Notes under the pieces: model-generated
Databases searched by the model: none
What the model saw: only the letters and a program-made list of their open reading frames with translations
Told to the model about the DNA's origin: nothing
In this document: positions 1 to 12,434 of the stretch, in pieces
Layout of the letters: each line of letters starts with the position of its first letter
Numbering within the stretch: position 1 is the stretch's first letter
Assembly (NCBI GenBank): GCA_010093815.1
Contig: ML996579.1
Direction: 5' to 3' (one strand)
From: Pseudovirgaria hyperparasitica
Lineage: Eukaryota
DNA: 64,000 bases
Translations under genes and position numbers: made by a program

Positions 1-931
1 AAAGGTGCCCACCACTACAGATCTATGTAGTATACTAGGATACACTTCACTTGTATATCAGCACGCACATGTCACTCTGCTTATAGATGAGTTCAATATC
101 GCTGGGTGGAGGAACAGTATACTCCGAATCTGAGGAAGATGAATGCAAAATAAAGACTTACTACGAGCAGCTTCTGCAATATGGTAACATAATATCTACA
201 ATATGCGCTTATTTACAACCGGGGCGCATCCTGATAGTCCTCTTATCAATAGCACAAACTCCTCCAGACTCGAGACAAAAAGTGAGCAAACTTGCTTCGA
301 GGTGTAGATTCCCTCAACTCTATCTTTCCGAGGGTGATATATTGCTATGATCTCCACGTTTCAAATCGTCCCGAAGACTGAAATTGTTGAGGATGAACAG
401 TGGACTGTATCAGGCTACCCCTGAGCTATGAAAACTCACTTTGATGATTCTTGACAAGGGAAGTGGGTACTGGAAAGTTCACCCCAATGAGATCGATTAT
501 CATAGAGATGAGAAGAGCAGCTATTGGAAGACAACTGTGTTACCCAACGGAAGAGCCACTGATGAACTGTGTTCGCACTCATTATTACTTAGAGGGTAAT
601 TAGGGTCAGTGATCGATTCAAACTACAAAGTGCTTAGAAATGGATTACGAGCATAGCATTTCTAGGGAACGAGTTATAGCACGGTCGTGCACGCCGTAGT
701 CATAGTCATGTAGATCTGTTGTCCCGGCGACCCACTTCACTCCGGAGTGTCTTATCGAGCTACAGGGTTTTCGTCTTGTCAAGTCCTTCCCTGAGCTCCA
801 CTAAACAAGTTCATACACTACCAGCCACTCTTCTCAACGACACTCTTATGTATGTAACAAGCAGTGATTATGTAAGATCTCAGCACAGTCTAGTCCTAAC
901 TTCACGTTTAGCTGCGCTCGTGTTCTCGAAG

Positions 932-1819
932 ATGGCCTCTCGCCGCAAATGCAAAGATGCTACGGCCGTCCGCATCGACAACGATATCTCCGAAATATGT
1001 CGAATTTGGGGTATGACATACTTTGAGCTCGAAAGACTTCTTTCCAGCAATGGATTGAGCAACTCCAGTGGCAAACCCACGCCCAATATCAAAGACTGGG
1101 CAGTTACAATAAGCAGATATCTGAAGAGATTGGCCACTCTCGAAGCTGATCCACAAACTGCTATGGGACTCATTCTTTTCGAATCAAAGAAAAGAAATGA
1201 TGATGATGCGCGTACTTTCCATGCCTTTAGGGGCATTCTTGGTGTTGACGTGGATCGTGCTGTAAAAGCTCTGGAATCTCGCAATGGTGCTGCTCATCGA
1301 GTGGGTACTATCACCCGACCCCAGGAGCGCACTACGGGCCCTACGAATGAAAACATCAATCAAGGCAATCAAAATAGCCACCAGTTGACCGCCCATCAGG
1401 CACCACTCAACTCAAACAATCGAAACGGCCAGCCGGCCATTACTGAAGGTCCTATACGCAACGCAAATGCTCGCCCAAATATTCCTAACATGGCCCCTCC
1501 TGTTGATCGCAATGGGCTTCCACCTCTCCACGACGTTTCTCTGCAGATGGCATTCAGCGAGTTTTGGCCACGTTATGCAATGCCCGCGCTAGGAATTCAC
1601 GGGGCAATGACGACTAACGAGATTAACGTCAAACTTGAGTTCGTCCAGCATTTGATGGACCTGGAAAGGAGTGAGAAAGCAGTGGTACAGAAAGAGGCAC
1701 AAGCAATACAGAGATTGGTGGACGCGGAAAAGCACCAGGTCACCCTCGAGAAGTTGGAGCTGAACAAGCAGTATCTGGAGGCGATCAAGAGGGAGAAGCA
1801 GATGAGGGGGGAGATGTAG
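932..1819 (+). CDS. Hypothetical protein with N/Q-rich middle and C-terminal coiled coil
   Basis: The track ORF 719..1819 opens on TTG. The likely start is ATG 932 (MASRRKC), just after a canonical 5'-UTR intron at 850..911 (GTATGT...CTAAC...TAG). The E/K/Q-rich helical C-terminus looks coiled-coil. No family recognised. Confidence 0.65.
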   Translation: MASRRKCKDATAVRIDNDISEICRIWGMTYFELERLLSSNGLSNSSGKPTPNIKDWAVTISRYLKRLATLEADPQTAMGLILFESKKRNDDDARTFHAFRGILGVDVDRAVKALESRNGAAHRVGTITRPQERTTGPTNENINQGNQNSHQLTAHQAPLNSNNRNGQPAITEGPIRNANARPNIPNMAPPVDRNGLPPLHDVSLQMAFSEFWPRYAMPALGIHGAMTTNEINVKLEFVQHLMDLERSEKAVVQKEAQAIQRLVDAEKHQVTLEKLELNKQYLEAIKREKQMRGEM

Positions 1820-2248
1820 AGATTGGAAGACGACGTGGCCTCGATAAATCCTATGGACATGGCGATGGTCAAGATACGTGTGCTTGCATTAGTAAGGCGA
1901 AAGGAAGCTACATCATGCTGCTTACCGCTTTGAAAACAATGTCATCATCAAGCCTCTGGCTTTTAGGGATCGGAGGCATGTTAAAGAGAGCGTGATCGGA
2001 TAGTCATTAGAGTTGTAGGTAACTCGTTATGAACAATGATACTTGGCTATTGTCGAGATTGACAGTCTTGTGCTTCATGTGAAGCTACTGTAATAGCCAA
2101 TGCTCTAACAGCACAAGTGCATACGAAATGGATGTGAACTACCTTATACTGCTTCACGGAATATGTCAGACGCTTAGTCTTGATCTTCCGTACCACCGCA
2201 CTGTTGAGACGCGCCTGTGTCTTTCTTTGCTCTTCCGGAGCGTTAATC

Positions 2249-3519
2249 TCAAGTCCTTGCCATCAGATCTTGGAAACAACCCCTGGACGACCTATCTGCT
2301 CTTTGTACCTCTCTTATGGCCTCAGCATACCCCGTATCCGGGCTTTGTTGCCTTTGTATGCGCTCGTTGTACTCTTGAATCTCTTCTGACACCGGACTTT
2401 CCCTCCCACACGACGCAGTACCTCTATCAGTGCTCGATGGCTCCCCCGATTCTGTAGGTTGTAAGCTCTCCATATGCATGTTCGTCATCTTGCTCATCCT
2501 CCTGCCATCAAGCCCCTCGCCAGCAAGCGATCTTCCAAAGCTCCACCTCGAGGTACGCCGCTGCTCCTCGCGATCCCTGAACCGCGCCTCACAGATGGAG
2601 TGATCCATTGTCAGGCTGCCCATTTGTCCTAACTTGAGCGCGCGCAAGCGATCCAGTGCCGTCTTGAAATCGTCCAGCACCACACTGTCCGTTAGACACT
2701 TGAATACGAACGACAGCTTGAAAAAGGGATTGATTCCCGTTGGCATCTTATCGTCCAAAACACCTGTTACGCTCAATACATCCGGTACAATAAATACCAC
2801 ACTCACTACCATCGCGCTCAGCATCAACACAAATCTTGGGCTAATCCGTAGCACATCCCACGCACTCAGCTCATATCTCGCCACAATATTCCAGAACAAC
2901 GCTACGGTCGTGAAGATCCACCATGGGTCACGGCATAAAGGCTCCCACGGGCGTGTGCGTAGGAATATGTTCCCCCAGCCGTGAAAATATTGAAAATTTG
3001 CAAAGATCTCGACGATCCAGTAGGGCTGGGCGAGGACGACGGTGATTATGAAGATTAGGGATGCCCAGCGCGGGAGGAAGGGCTTGATTTTCATCCAGGC
3101 GATGACATTGTGCAAGGACCAGGAGGCATTGAGGAGAATCGCCGAAACAGAAAGCCACCAGGTGTAGATGGGTGGGTGGAAGAGGATCCAGAAGCCGTGA
3201 GGAATCCCGAGGAGGAGCTTGAGTTGTGTCAGTATATGTTTTGCTCTAGCATCTTGATTGTGGTCTCCGGATAGAGGCATCGCTGCGCTGGTAAAACATT
3301 AAAGCTCACCTCCAATAGAATCAACTTATGCAACAACACCCCTTTTCGCATATTTGCTATTGTGATACAGCTCATCACTACGAGGCTCCCGACCAGAAAC
3401 CCTTGAGCCCAGCCCTCGAGCAGCAATCCGTCCGGATCTGTCGGTCTGCCCACATCATTCCTCTTCTCCATCGACACACCTTCCGACTGTACAGCCTGGT
3501 CAAGTGGAAATGGCGGCAT
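2249..3519 (-). CDS. Conserved fungal multi-pass integral membrane protein (2 exons)
   Basis: Exon 1 (start 3519 or 3471, to 3310: LLLEGWAQGFLVGSLVVMSCITIANMRKGVLLHKLILLE). Intron 3309..3218 (GTGAG...CTGAC...AAG). Exon 2 from 3217 carries several hydrophobic helices and GINPFFKLSFVFKCLTD. Confidence 0.8.
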
Positions 3520-4110
3520 GAATGGTTTACGTGGTCGATCAAACGTGTCTTGAGAGGCTCAGGGCGGGGGTCGTCAATCCGGGGCACACACTTTTCCACT
3601 CCTTTGCGCAGCTCAAGTTGCATTACTTCCAATTCTTTACCTGACCGAACCTCGTCCTCATCACGAAGCCAGCATAGACGTTCAAAGACAAAATGCCTCG
3701 TTCCCAAGTTCCCCGCCACGCACGCAACTCAGCGGAAAAACCCTCGCCTTCGTGGGACACTATCTCCACTATAATCCGCAAAGTACACTATTGACACATG
3801 CGCATCGAATGAGCGTCACATAGCTTGCGGAGGACATGTAGCAAACGATCAATGCCGTATTGCTCAGATATCCGCTGTCGTCCGCGCATCGCTTAGAAAG
3901 CATACATGTATTAATTATACAGTACACAGTAAAGCTTACGCCAGGCTGAATTAGGCTTAGTCTTAGCTCCACCAGTTCCCGTCCCGTCCTCGGCCTGTCG
4001 TAAATTCACGTCGGCATCCGTCTCGACGACCTCTTTACGCGTCTTGATCTTCCTTCACCTCCACTCGTAACAATGACTTGAAAGGACATAGTTGTCTGTT
4101 CATTTCTATC

Positions 4111-5160
4111 ATGTCCAAACCGATCGTCTCATTGGCGAGCCTCAGTCCAGACTTCTCCACGACTCCAATGACGTCTCAACATGCATCCGAACCAGCACCA
4201 TATTGGCCCTCACCCTCAACCTCAAGCGTTCACGCCTTGACAGCCCAACCCTCCATTCCTTCGCACAATCGCAAAGATGTTTTTCCACTCATGGAGCTAC
4301 CCGCCGAGCTGCGCATCCTCATATACCGGATGTGCCTCAAGCGTAACCACCCAATTCACCTCCACATGCCCTTACCGGAACCACCCCCACCCGATAGAGA
4401 AATCTCAGTCTTCGATTCTGAAGGCGAAGAAGAACCAACTTGGGCACAACCGGCGCTTAGGACGCACATGCGGGTAACACGAAGTCAGAGGACCCAGGTC
4501 CATGTAACGAACCCTCGACTTACCGCCGAGCGCCCTAGTACATGCGGCCGCGACCGTGACGATAACCTAAACTGCGACCCTCTAGTTACTGCAATCTTGC
4601 GCATCAGCAAGCAGGTCCATCATGAAGCACGACCCGTGCTGTATGGAGACAACGAATTCGTCGTCGGGCTTGACAGTGCTTTACATACGCTATCACGCCT
4701 GCATCAGCGCAGCAGGAGCTTGATCAAAGTTCTCATCATCTCGATCAACAGCCATCATGATATCTTGGAAGGCTTCGCGGATCTTATACGGATGGGCATG
4801 CGGTATTGCTGGGGGTTGGAAATACTACGCTTGAAACTCACGACCGCCTTTCCCGAAATGGATCATACTGTAGCATTGTCTGGGCCGAGCTGTGTGTACG
4901 CGAATGCATTTCATATCTTGCGCTGGCTGCCCAAACCATGCAAGGTCCGCTTGGAGGGTCGGGTCCCCGAAGTGATTGAGCGGATTGTTCGGGAGAACGA
5001 GAGGAGCGCCGAGACTTTGGATGAGGTGAGCGAATGAAAGATCCATGGATGTTCGTATGACACTAACGCTGAGCAGCACGCATACCAGAAACGCCAACAT
5101 CAGATGCCTGAGAAGGGAACGGTTACCAACAGCTACACGCCCAGTGAGAATGGGATATAA
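4111..5160 (+). CDS. Hypothetical protein with F-box-like motif (FPLMELPAELRILIY), 2 exons
   Basis: The ORF carries LPAELRxxIY and ILRISKQVHHEARPVLYGDNEF motifs typical of a large fungal F-box-like family. Intron 5026..5076 (GTGAG...CTAAC...CAG). The last exon reads HAYQKRQ...ENGI* to TAA 5160. Confidence 0.75.
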
Positions 5161-5691
5161 TAGCTTGGATTCAGCGGTCTGTAACAGGGCCAAGGTTTCC
5201 GCCAAATAGGCGGTGGAGATAACGGCGATAGGAGGTGAAGACGTATCGACATGTCTTTCGCAAGCCCTCATATATATGATACTCCCTCTCCGCGCGTTCA
5301 GCTCCCGCGTCATGGTCAATTATGAAACCAAAACCTAGCAGATAACAAGTAAACATCTCCACGAATATACATGTCAATGGGACTCTGCTGCTTTGTTCCA
5401 TGACTACATGGCATGGGATACTGACCATTGAATGTTATCTCGCAGTTCCATCTCTTTTAACGCGCCAGAGTCTTGGAAGCCTAACTTTTTGGTCAAGGGG
5501 TATCAGGGAGTGGACCGTAGACGACACTTAAACCCAGGACAAAGATATGATACCTATGAGCATCATTATAATGGCAATCAACAAGGGCTATGTACATTCC
5601 TGCGTCGCTATATCTACACATCACTCCTCGCCATCATACCATCGATAAACATACTCCTTATCATCACTCGTCAGTAGCATAAACCTCACCG

Positions 5692-6650
5692 CTAACATCC
5701 AGAGGTCTTCACCGCACTCGTCTGACATGTCTTACCATCCGGCGCACTCGCTGTCTTACTCGGCTCAGCACCACTGTCGTTACCCTTGTATAGCCAGCAA
5801 AGCGCAGAGCTCAGCACACACGAATTCGAAATGCTTGTTGTGTCGCCCTCGTTCCCGTTGATGCCGGCGATGACATCTGCTCCTGACACCTTGACGTTGG
5901 AGAATGTTGATTTGCGTGCATATTGTGTGCCACAGTTGCCGCAGCTACGGTACACTTTGCCGACGTTCGTGGCCTGACCAGAGGGTGTTAGTTCTACGAG
6001 AAGCAGCGCGATGAGGGAGGAGATACGCACGTAAAAGTTCTTGACGGCAACCGTTCCACCACCGTTGTGCTGCAGGACTTTGTCTTCTGCGTTGCGCGCG
6101 CCGCCACCGTTGACGTACGACGTCCCGGATTTCTGCTTGAATGTCGCTGCGTCCTCGCACACGTCTGTCCACCATATGTTGTTCAGCGTGCACGCGCCGA
6201 GACAGTGAACGCCTGAGGTTTGTTAGATGGATGTGTATGTTCTCAGACGGGGAGACATTACCCTCGCCGTTGTTGGGTCCGATGATGGCGTTGGACAACA
6301 CAGCGCCTTCTTGGAGGAGGAATACGGCGTCCGAGTCGCCGCCCTCAGCTTGTTCGTTGCAGGTTGATGCTGTGTGGGTCAGTCTGAGACTTGAGTTCTG
6401 GTATATATCTGTTGCAGAGCTTACGGTTGCGGTCCCATTGCTTCATGCCTCCGTCTGGACTTCTGTGAGTAGTTTACTTGTAGGAGAAATGTGAGAGTAA
6501 TATACCGAAGCTTGCTCCAGCTGCAACAGTCTTGACAGCGGCAAGGTTCGTCGTTCCAGATGGGGACGGAAAGGTAGTCTGCAGGCCGGTGTTTGTCGTC
6601 GCCGCCAAAGCAGTTGACACAAGAGCCACGAGGAAAATAGCAGGAGTCAT
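5692..6650 (-). CDS. Secreted pectate lyase, polysaccharide lyase family 3 (5 exons)
   Basis: Signal peptide MTPAIFLVALVSTALA. Exons 6650-6506, 6454-6425, 6369-6262, 6212-6031 and 5973-5692 all have GT-AG boundaries. PL3 motifs EGGDSDAVFLL, EGVHC, WWTDVCEDAAT, DKVLQHNGGG and GKVYRSCGNC are present. Confidence 0.95.
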
Positions 6651-6850
6651 AGCGAAGAACGAAAAAGTCTCTTCCTGATCTAATTAGTATTGTCAAGCTT
6701 CCAATGTGTATAACCATCCGACTCCTGGAAATGCATCCTCTCTTAAATACACTCTCTCCATAACCCAAAAAGCGCACTATTTAGTATGAATCCCACAACT
6801 AATAACACCTTATGACAAAAATTCCAATCCATATTTTTCCGCCTCATCTA

Positions 6851-6859
6851 TCCACCAAT
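6851..6859 (+). promoter_or_regulatory. GARE-like motif TCCACCAAT (GaaR galacturonic-acid response element)
   Basis: Exact match to TCCNCCAAT, about 200 bp upstream of the pectate lyase ATG. Confidence 0.6.
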
Positions 6860-7961
6860 ACCACCATCAATATCAAACCAAACCATATCCACATCTCTCA
6901 CAGGCGCCTCAGCCGGTCTTCACGCCCAAACAAATTCCCACTGTGCTAGTGCGCACTATCACCGTCCATTATACCCGCAACGCCGCTCTTATAACCCCCT
7001 TAGCCTCTGCTACCTATACACAATATACCACACACACACACACACACCCACCCCCTGGCTCACTATTGGACGGACGCCACTACCCCGGATTTTCCGATTC
7101 GCGACACCGTCAGCATCTTTGCTTCGCAGATAGATAATAGATTGGCCCCCGTGGCACGCCCGCGGGCCACAGGGGGAAAGGGGGAAAGAGCACCGGACGA
7201 GAAATCTGGGGTAATTTGTGCTGCTGCTTTTGTGGCTATGTTGCGCGGTGTCGCACTGCGTCAAGTTGCGGTGCGTTGTACTGCGTCAGCAGACGTGTGT
7301 GGGGAGTAGGGCTGCGTGCTTGGCGCTCTGGATGTGTGTGTGTTTTGTATATACGTATCCCTGTCGTGTGCACGTGGAGGAGGGGGAGGGGGGTTTTTTA
7401 TCTGACGTATGCCCATGGGTGGTGCATATATCATTTCCACGACGAGGCTGTTTGGAGTTTGCCGTGCTAGTAACCTAATTAGGTACAAAACTGCAGGTCT
7501 TGCAGTAGCAAACGTGCTTAGCTCGGATGTAGCTTCGGACGATATACTACAAAGCCGTTAGTCTAGCTCGTTTTGGACCCGCTGTTGGAGAGCGTTATGA
7601 GGGCTTGTTATCGACGGATAGATGCGCTAGATTGCGGCTAGAAAGGCCATTTGTGCAAGCGAGGTGGGTATGCATTTTCCAGCAATCGGATGTATTGAGT
7701 GTGTATATATATTCAGGTGTGAGTCAGGAAAGAGGTAGGTAGGCAGGCGTCCCACCGGATGATGGAGCTCGTTGTGGTTTGATGCGTGGCGAATGTGCGT
7801 TGATCTTCCAATGTAAGTTTGGCATTGAGGAGAGGTTATTGTAGTGGATATTAAACTGCAGCTTGGTTAGCACCTCTCTCTGATGTCCCAGCCATCTTCT
7901 TTCACGGTAGTCGAGCTTTTACAATTTATGTAACGGAGCTAGGATATCATACTCATTTAGA

Positions 7962-7970
7962 TCCGCCAAT
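7962..7970 (+). promoter_or_regulatory. Second GARE-like motif TCCGCCAAT
   Basis: Exact match to TCCNCCAAT, about 1.3 kb upstream of the pectate lyase ATG. Confidence 0.4.
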
Positions 7971-9187
7971 GTGAGAATTCCATGCAGGTCATATTGTATA
8001 TCGCATAATTATGTCATAAGACAGCACCGAAAGCAAAAAGATATTGATTGTCTTGATAGTATGTGGATAGACAGGATACGGAATAAGTTCAAGCTCAAAG
8101 AATGCATTTTAATCTCAATGCGCGTAGTTTGAGGATATGAAGATCGTTAGCTACGGCTTCTAGCGATATTTAGTATCGAGTGTATACTGCATAGAGAGTG
8201 GTTGTAGACGTCAAAGCCCTAAAGACCTGTATCCGTCCCGATCCAAATGTAAGATTCGTTGACAATTGGATATAAAAAGTTCATCCAATCGCGAAACCTG
8301 ACCGAACATGACTCAGCTATTCCAAGACAGCAATATCATCATAACCATGCCATAGCTTGCACCTGCTTCGACGTCTACAAATACTCATGACAAGAAGAGC
8401 GACTTGGAACAGGCCGAACATGTCGAACTCGCTGACTATGTAGAAAACCAAACACGAAGATATATTGCATCCTACACTTTACCATGTAGGTGGAAACGAT
8501 ATCATGAGGATAACAAGTAAGACGGTGCTCACACCGGCTTTGGAAAGGGGTCGGATATCACAACGTGATTCGATGATATATTGTTTTTTTGAACGATCGA
8601 GTGGGCTTAAGCTTAGAAACACAATTAAGAACTGGTATTGGAGTCTCCTCGAATACCAATAGGATGGTGTTGTAGCTAAGTAAGGTTTGTTTTAAATATA
8701 CCGCTTGTTGGTAGGTGTAGGGTGGCAGAATAGATATTCTCGACCAGCTCATCACATGGCGAGTGGAATGTCTAGAAGCTTGGAATACTCGGATTCGTCC
8801 TATACATAGGTATATCTATTGCGAAGTAAGGCATGCCTCAGTTGAGATTACCATCGTCTATGGAAGTCTGTGCTCAATTTGTCTGGAAATTCTGGCTCTA
8901 GATGATAGTTCGTTAAATATGAGTGCTGCAAAACGTACATAGCGCCTTTGGGATGGGTGAAGCTGTGGTCATGATTTGTGCGCACGTGTGTTAGTAAGGA
9001 TGCTACTGAAGGAGGATTTTCCTTCCAAAGCTTTATGAAAGTACCATATCTCTGTAGAGAGGGGCGAGATAAGTGTGAAAGCACGAGCTCAAAAGTCACT
9101 GTGCCTGTAGGATGGATAGCTATGTTGATAGTCGGTGGGGAGGACCAAATGAGCGTCGTGACATCAATTGCACTCTCTGTTCTCTAT

Positions 9188-10318
9188 CTATATGATTCCA
9201 TATGCTTTCTTCAGCGCCTCCACGATGATCACGTTGTATCGCTTCGCCTCATCACAAATATCGTCCAGCCCGGCCACTATGTGTGGCATTCCTCTGAGCA
9301 TGTGGTACTCCGACTGATTGCCCGCTTCTAACAATTTCTTATGATAGGCTTCGCCCTCTGAGCACAGCGGATCCATCTCAGCAGTCGTTATGAGCGCCGG
9401 GGCCAGATTACTCAGATCAGCAGCGCGAATCGGCGACACAGATGGATTCTAATGTAGGAACACATTCAGCAAAAGCAGCGATTAACAGGGTGCAAGACGT
9501 ACGTTGTATGTCTCGGCGCGCCTCGGTACGCCCAGAAAGTGCCTTGCGAAATACTCCATCCGCGCACCACTCAACGGAACCGTCTCGTACATCTTCACAT
9601 GACTCTTGTACGGTACCGACTGTGAAAGCTTCCCGCTCTCATCATAATGGTCCATATCGCATACTGGCACGTGTAGAAGCTGCAGCACCAGCTTGATCCC
9701 TGCGTCGCGCGCTCGCTGAGACACGACAGCCGAGAGATGACCGCCGGCGGAGGGACCACCAACAGCTGTTCTTGCTACGTCCAAATTATATTTTGCGATG
9801 ATGGCGGGCGATAAGATCCATTGTGTCGCCTGCCAGCAGTCGTCCACGGGCGTGGGGAACGGAAATTCGGGCGCGTGGCGGTATCCAACATCGAAAGCTA
9901 CAGCGCCCGTCTCGTGTACGATGCGCTTGCAATGTTCTGCTTCAACCAGGTGGTCGCCAAACACCCAGCCGCCGCCGTGGAAATTTACATATATGGGTCG
10001 GCCGTGCCTGTTGTCTATCTGCGTAGTCTTGGGCTGGTATACGCGGATCGTTATCTGGCCATCTGGGCCAGTGACTTGTAGCTGTTCGTCGCTGATGACG
10101 CCCACGTTGGCATCTGGGGCGGGGGCTTTGCCGAAGCGGGTGTTGTATGCGGAGGGGTCTTTGCGGTAGGCCTCGATAGGGACTTGATGGCCGGCGAGAC
10201 GACCAGCTGCGTAATGGGTGTGGTACTTTACGTAGGTAGGGTCGAAGCGGTCAATGAGGTGTGGCGGGATGCTGTTGAGGAGAGGGTGAGAGAGCTGTGC
10301 TGGTTTGAGATCAGACAT
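9188..10318 (-). CDS. Alpha/beta-hydrolase, hormone-sensitive-lipase-like (GDXG) esterase/lipase (2 exons)
   Basis: HGGGW oxyanion motif, nucleophile elbow GPSAGG, acid in EMDPL and His in GMPH. Intron 9502..9449 (GTACGT...TAG). Confidence 0.92.
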
Positions 10319-11003
10319 GTTGACAGGTGTAAGAAGATGACGAATGACTGGTAATGTGAGCTGTCCACCTACTTACGGAAAGTCTTAGAAGGAGTTAATG
10401 TATAAGTTAACAATGGTCGCTCAGCTCGGCTTACTATCCAGTTGAGTGTGAAGATGGAGCCGTTGCATTCATCAGGACGGAGCTGCGGGGACGCGGGGTG
10501 GAGTCAAGCCGGTGTGGAGCAACTGTTGGATTGGAGCTGTCAAGGCTGAGCTAATTAATGCATATACCGTGATTCGTGCAGAAGCGTGGAATGACTCTGC
10601 CTAGACATAATGAGGACATTAGTAGTGGAGGATGATTCCGTCTTGTATAGTTGGGTCATTGGTCGAAAAGAACTGAATCTGATGTTTCGTTGACAAAACG
10701 GAGTTACCTACATATGGCTTGAATCATGGCGGCAATAGTTGGAATCACCAGCATAGGATAAGGCAGCGCTCCATAGGAACAAGAAGAAAAGACGGGCCAT
10801 GGGGATACTCCTCTATCTAATCCCGTAGACAAAGAATTTGATTCAATGGTTCGTCAACGCCGCGCACAAGAGCGTCTTCCCCCAGTATATTACAATGGGC
10901 CCTTGCCGTAGCCGATACCCGCTAATGATGAGAGATGCATATGCTGCTTCTTCGGTCGTAGATGATGCAATGGACATTAGATGAGGTGAAAACCCTCCGG
11001 TTC

Positions 11004-12434
11004 TTACAACATGTATACAGCCGCGGCCAGGCTCATCAATCCCATGGAGAGCGAAACGGTCAATCCTGAAGCGGCACCTTCACCTGGAGAGTTGTTGGGA
11101 GTAGAGCTTTGTCCATCAGAGCTGACTGAAGCGGGAGACTTGTCCGACTTCTCTCCATCCATGGTGATGTCCTCCTCAGAGTATGTCTCACCGCCGTACT
11201 GCGACGGCTCGACGTCCTTGCTCAAACCCGGGCCAGTGCCAGCACCCTTCGACATGTACGCATTTGCGCCCTTGGGCATCGATGGGATGAGGAGATCCTT
11301 GACTTCCCAATCGTCACTGTTTGACGGGCATTCGGAGGCAGTAACCTGAGACCTGTAACCACCGTCACCCTCTGGGTCGGGCTGATCCTTGTACGCCTTG
11401 GCAAGACGCTCAAAGTCTTCGTTGGGGACAATTTCGCCGTTCTTCTCCTCGACCAATCCGTAGCCGTTAGCCTCGGTCGTGAACTCGTAAGCCATGCCTC
11501 CGGAGTAAACGGAGCTCATTTGAGTCGAGAAAAGCGCCTTGACTTCCTGCCATTCACGCTTGTTGGTGTTGCAACCGTACTCGGCCATGCTATGGATGTG
11601 CGTTAGGGTTGTACATATATGCAGATTATAGGCCACTTACATGATCGGGGCACCGTAGTCCTTGTACCTCTCAACCTTCTTGTCCCAGCCAGAGATCTGC
11701 ATAGAGGAAGGATCACACCAGGAGTAGTCGTTGAGGGCGAAGAAATCTCCACGCTGGTGATCGGGACCACAGTCGAAGTACTTCAGCTGGAGATCAACGT
11801 TCTCGGCAACATCAGCAGCGGCGTAACCAACGGGAATTGGGCGGTATTCATGTTCAGCGATGTAGTTCTTCATGTCACGGATGACGGCCTTGATGTACGG
11901 CGCAGCGATAGTGTTGTTCTTCTCGTTGATGATCTCGTTACCACTGATCATGAGGAGAAGGTTGTTGTACTTCTGGAACTCATCAATGGTAGCGAAGACG
12001 CTTTGAAGATATCTCTCGTTGTAGGAGAGGTGAAGGGATTCCTTGTCCTGACGGTTGAGTGAGAAGCCCGGGGTGTTGACATCAAGTGCAAGATAGATGC
12101 CAGCATCTTCGAGCATCTTCATGGCCTCGTCGTGAGGCTTGGAGTTGTCGACCGAGTAGATACGGATAGTGTTGATGCTGAGCTGCTTGAACAGCTCAAT
12201 GTCATGCTTGAGCTGCTCGGTGTTGAGAAGCGGGTCCGCAACGTCGGCGGCACCACCTGGCTGATAGGCGACACCACGGAGGTAGAAACGTTCTTGGCCA
12301 GCGAAGAATGCGTTTCCTTTCGTGGTGACAATGGGAAGACTACCATCTTGTCTCCTCGTCACAGATTTGACCGTGCCTGTAGGGGAGGCGACAGCAGCGC
12401 CCAGGAGAGCGGCTGCGAGAGCGAAAGCCTTCAT
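11004..12434 (-). CDS. GPI-anchored 1,3-beta-glucanosyltransferase, GH72 (Gel/Gas family, no X8/CBM43 domain)
   Basis: Signal peptide, RFYLRGVAYQP, INTIRIY, GNE and EYGCN catalytic glutamates, NDYSWC and YSGG motifs. One intron at about 11640..11590. Ser-rich stalk and hydrophobic C-terminal GPI signal. Confidence 0.95.

Noticed and set aside
87..600. Short ORF 87..350 and downstream protein-like frames
   Set aside because: Interrupted by stops, possibly truncated by the window edge, and no recognisable motif. It may be a relic but I cannot support it.
7900..9150. AT-richer interval with short ORFs between the pectate lyase and the esterase
   Set aside because: No coherent frame, splice model, TIR or LTR found.
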